From Flavobacteriaceae bacterium (GTDB taxonomy: Bacteria > Bacteroidota > Bacteroidia > Flavobacteriales > Flavobacteriaceae): a stretch of DNA of 64,000 nucleotides. Positions within the stretch are counted from its first letter, which is position 1. Each line of letters starts with the position of its first letter. Positions 61,165 through 64,000 of the stretch are shown here, one piece after another. A program made the translations under genes and the position numbers. The stretch spans positions 10,407 to 74,406 of the forward strand of contig JALWKK010000085.1 of the NCBI GenBank assembly GCA_027081505.1. Reading direction: 5' to 3'. The notes beneath the pieces are model-generated. The model saw only the letters and a list, made by a program, of their open reading frames with translations. It was not told the DNA's origin and did not search any database.

Positions 61165-61941
61165 TTATCTTTTTATTAAATTGTATTGAGCATTTTTAAT
61201 TAACCTTATACTTGTTATATCTTCTGGATCATCAAAAGTATATTGATAAATTTTAATAACAGAATTTTCTTTAACTCTTTTTCTTAAAAGATAACAACAA
61301 TTAACGTTATTGATTGGCAACTTATTTTCCTTTTTAAGTTTTACATAATACAGAAACGGGAAGTATATTTGATAGGTTGCAAAATTAACCGGAAAATTAT
61401 TTTTCCCTTCAAAGACAGTAACATTTCCATTATATTCGGTTGTTAAATCTATTTCCATTTGCAAACTTTCGGCATTGATTTTTTCTTTTCCTATAAAAAA
61501 ACTTAACGTTGTTTTTGTTCGTCTGCTACCATACATTTTTGGATTTGCTACAATATCATCATATAAAAAATCGTGTATAATTCTTTGATTAAAACCTACA
61601 GATAAAATATTACTTTCACTTGTGTCAAAATCGTTTAAGATACTTTGCCGGTATTTCCATTCAAAAACATTATTTGTATCAATGGGTTCAAACTTATGAA
61701 ACCCATTTTTAATTCCTTTCACAAATTTATGATAACCTTTACCTAAATGAATTATAAAATAGTCTTTTTTGAGTAAAATATCGGGAAACTTTTTTGTATC
61801 ATCCAATTTAGTAACATCAAAAGGATTTCCAAAACCAACCTTTTTTGCTATAGTGCGAACCAAATTATTGTTAAAAATATAGTTATTTTCTTTCTCACAA
61901 TGCTCAAAAACTTTAGTGATTACGTCTTGTTTTTTTCCCAT
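61165..61941 (-). CDS. Putative type II restriction endonuclease (PD-(D/E)XK)
   Basis: SES, QMEID...FEGKN, QIYFPF; 1 nt from the MTase start. Confidence 0.7.
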   Translation of the reverse strand: MGKKQDVITKVFEHCEKENNYIFNNNLVRTIAKKVGFGNPFDVTKLDDTKKFPDILLKKDYFIIHLGKGYHKFVKGIKNGFHKFEPIDTNNVFEWKYRQSILNDFDTSESNILSVGFNQRIIHDFLYDDIVANPKMYGSRRTKTTLSFFIGKEKINAESLQMEIDLTTEYNGNVTVFEGKNNFPVNFATYQIYFPFLYYVKLKKENKLPINNVNCCYLLRKRVKENSVIKIYQYTFDDPEDITSIRLIKNAQYNLIKR

Positions 61942-62152
61942 TAGTTTTTGTTTATTAAATGTAAATTTACAATGAATTTTAAAAAAAATAATAAATATTT
62001 CTATTTAAATTTTTTGTACATGATTTAAACGATACAATATTTTTATTCTCTGTATATAACATAGCTAAAACTTTTGTCTTTCATACAATACTCTTAAATT
62101 TGCCGCCAGATAAGAAAAAGAAACAACAACCTGTCTTCTTTCAAAAAAAGCT

Positions 62153-64000
62153 ATGAGCAACTACAATTTTAACGACATCGAAAAAAAATGGCAAGAATAT
62201 TGGGCAAAAAATAAAACCTTTAAAGCCAATAACAACACAACAGAGCCTAACTATTACGTGTTAGACATGTTTCCGTATCCCAGTGGTGCCGGTTTACACG
62301 TCGGGCATCCCTTAGGCTATATTGCCAGCGATATTTATGCCCGATATAAGCGACATAAAGGATTTAACGTATTGCATCCGCAAGGGTACGACTCGTTTGG
62401 ACTTCCGGCAGAGCAATACGCCATACAAACCGGGCAACATCCGGCAAAAACAACCGATGTAAACATTGCTCGCTACAGAGAACAACTGGACAAAATAGGA
62501 TTTTCGTTTGATTGGAGCAGGGAAGTTCGCACTTCTAATCCCGACTATTACAAATGGACACAATGGATATTTATTCAACTTTTTGAATCTTGGTATTGTA
62601 AAACATTAGAAAAAGCATTACCCATATCAGAGCTAATAAACATTTTTGAAGAAGAAGGAAACATAGGTATAAACGCAAAATGCGATACACAGCAAGCCGA
62701 ATTTTCTGCCAAACAATGGAAAGATTTTGATGATGTAAAAAAACAAAGTATCTTACTTAATTACCGGTTGGCATACCTTGCCGAAACCGAAGTAAATTGG
62801 TGTCCCAAATTAGGAACGGTATTAGCAAATGACGAAATTGTAAATGGAGTTTCAGAACGCGGCGGATACCCCGTTGTTCGAAAAAAAATGATGCAATGGA
62901 GTATGCGTATTTCTAACTATGCCGATAGGCTTTTAACCGATTTGGAAACATTAGATTGGCCCGAATCACTAAAAGAAACTCAACGAAATTGGATAGGAAA
63001 ATCGGTAGGAGCAGCTATAAAATTTAAAGTTTTTTCAAACAAAAAAGATACTCAATCAAATTATATAGGAGCAACCATAGGCGTTTTTTCTACACGCCCC
63101 GACACCATTTTCGGAGCCTCTTTTATTGCATTGGCACCCGAGCAAGAGTTGGTGCAAAAAATCACTACCATCGAGCAACGGTTTGAAGTGGCAAAATACA
63201 TTGAAGAAACCGCTAAAAAAAGCGAACGAGACCGTATGGCAGATGTAAAAAACATAACCGGAGTTTTTACCGGAGCCTATGCCGAGCATCCTTTCACAAA
63301 AGAAAAACTTCCCATTTGGATTGCCGATTATGTCTTGGCAAGTTACGGAACAGGTGCTGTAATGGGTGTTCCTGCAGGTGATCAGCGCGATTACGATTTT
63401 GCCAAGAAGTTTCACCTCCCTATTAAAAATATTTTTAAAGATGTAGATATTTCTGAAAAAGCATACGAAGAAAAAAGAAATACCATTATAGCTAATAGCG
63501 ATTTTATTTCCGGAATGCCCTACCAAAAGGCTTCCGAAAAAGTAATTGAAGCGCTGGAAAAACTAGGTCAAGGAAAAAAGAAAATCAACTACCGATTACG
63601 CGATGCAGTGTTTTCCAGACAGCGGTATTGGGGCGAACCCTTTCCGGTGTATTATAAACACGGATTACCACAAATGATAGACTTAAAACATCTGCCCTTA
63701 GTGCTTCCGAAAGTAGAAAAATACCTGCCCACCGAAACCGGCGAGCCTCCCTTGGGAAGAGCCGATAATTGGGCGTGGGATACACGCCACAATATTGTAG
63801 TAAACAAAGATTTAATAGATGATATTACCGTTTTTCCTTTGGAGTTAAATACCATGCCCGGTTGGGCTGGAAGCAGTTGGTACTTTTTTAGATATATGGA
63901 CCCCAAAAACACCCGAGAATTTGCCTCTAAAGAAGCATTGGAATATTGGAAAAACGTTGACTTATACATTGGTGGAAGCGAACACGCAACCGGACACCTA
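62153..64000 (+). CDS. leuS: Leucine--tRNA ligase (runs off window)
   Basis: ATG 62153 [14 protein letters not shown]; [33 protein letters not shown]; TAAATTTG -7 at 62095-62102; absent from ORF track because there is no stop in the window. Confidence 0.97.
   Translation, partial: MSNYNFNDIEKKWQEYWAKNKTFKANNNTTEPNYYVLDMFPYPSGAGLHVGHPLGYIASDIYARYKRHKGFNVLHPQGYDSFGLPAEQYAIQTGQHPAKTTDVNIARYREQLDKIGFSFDWSREVRTSNPDYYKWTQWIFIQLFESWYCKTLEKALPISELINIFEEEGNIGINAKCDTQQAEFSAKQWKDFDDVKKQSILLNYRLAYLAETEVNWCPKLGTVLANDEIVNGVSERGGYPVVRKKMMQWSMRISNYADRLLTDLETLDWPESLKETQRNWIGKSVGAAIKFKVFSNKKDTQSNYIGATIGVFSTRPDTIFGASFIALAPEQELVQKITTIEQRFEVAKYIEETAKKSERDRMADVKNITGVFTGAYAEHPFTKEKLPIWIADYVLASYGTGAVMGVPAGDQRDYDFAKKFHLPIKNIFKDVDISEKAYEEKRNTIIANSDFISGMPYQKASEKVIEALEKLGQGKKKINYRLRDAVFSRQRYWGEPFPVYYKHGLPQMIDLKHLPLVLPKVEKYLPTETGEPPLGRADNWAWDTRHNIVVNKDLIDDITVFPLELNTMPGWAGSSWYFFRYMDPKNTREFASKEALEYWKNVDLYIGGSEHATGHL

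Noticed and set aside
62312-63969. Minus-strand ORFs at the window end
   Set aside because: Shadows of leuS on the plus strand

Overview
AT-rich Bacteroidota DNA, most likely Flavobacteriaceae (T9SS cargo, TAnnTTTG promoters, dnaE fused to an exonuclease, leuS/ftsX/uppP/truB cluster). In order: a ~15 kb minus-strand surface-polysaccharide operon (rfbBACD, gmd/fcl, flippase, a doubly frameshifted sulfotransferase, polymerase/ligase, glycosyltransferases); an intact ISAs1 element with TIRs and a 10-bp TSD; a T9SS subtilase; dprA. Next is an accessory island with an unusual restriction-modification-like operon: an XRE regulator, a fused m6A+m4C methyltransferase, an apparently catalytically dead LAGLIDADG/DOD-fold protein and a small PD-(D/E)XK nuclease. 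Then cbpAM, an arsR-arsM-arsC-acr3 operon, housekeeping genes (greA, accD, fbaA, tamL, dnaE, hemW, deoC, truB, uppP, ftsX, leuS), a GxxExxY nuclease gene between two ~206-bp near-identical palindromic repeat blocks, and a second R-M pair whose MTase has a DPDY motif. The best candidates for undescribed biology are the LAGLIDADG-subunit R-M operon (24.7-28.3 kb) and the repeat-flanked GxxExxY module (49.4-50.3 kb). All calls come from motif recognition by eye; no searches were run.
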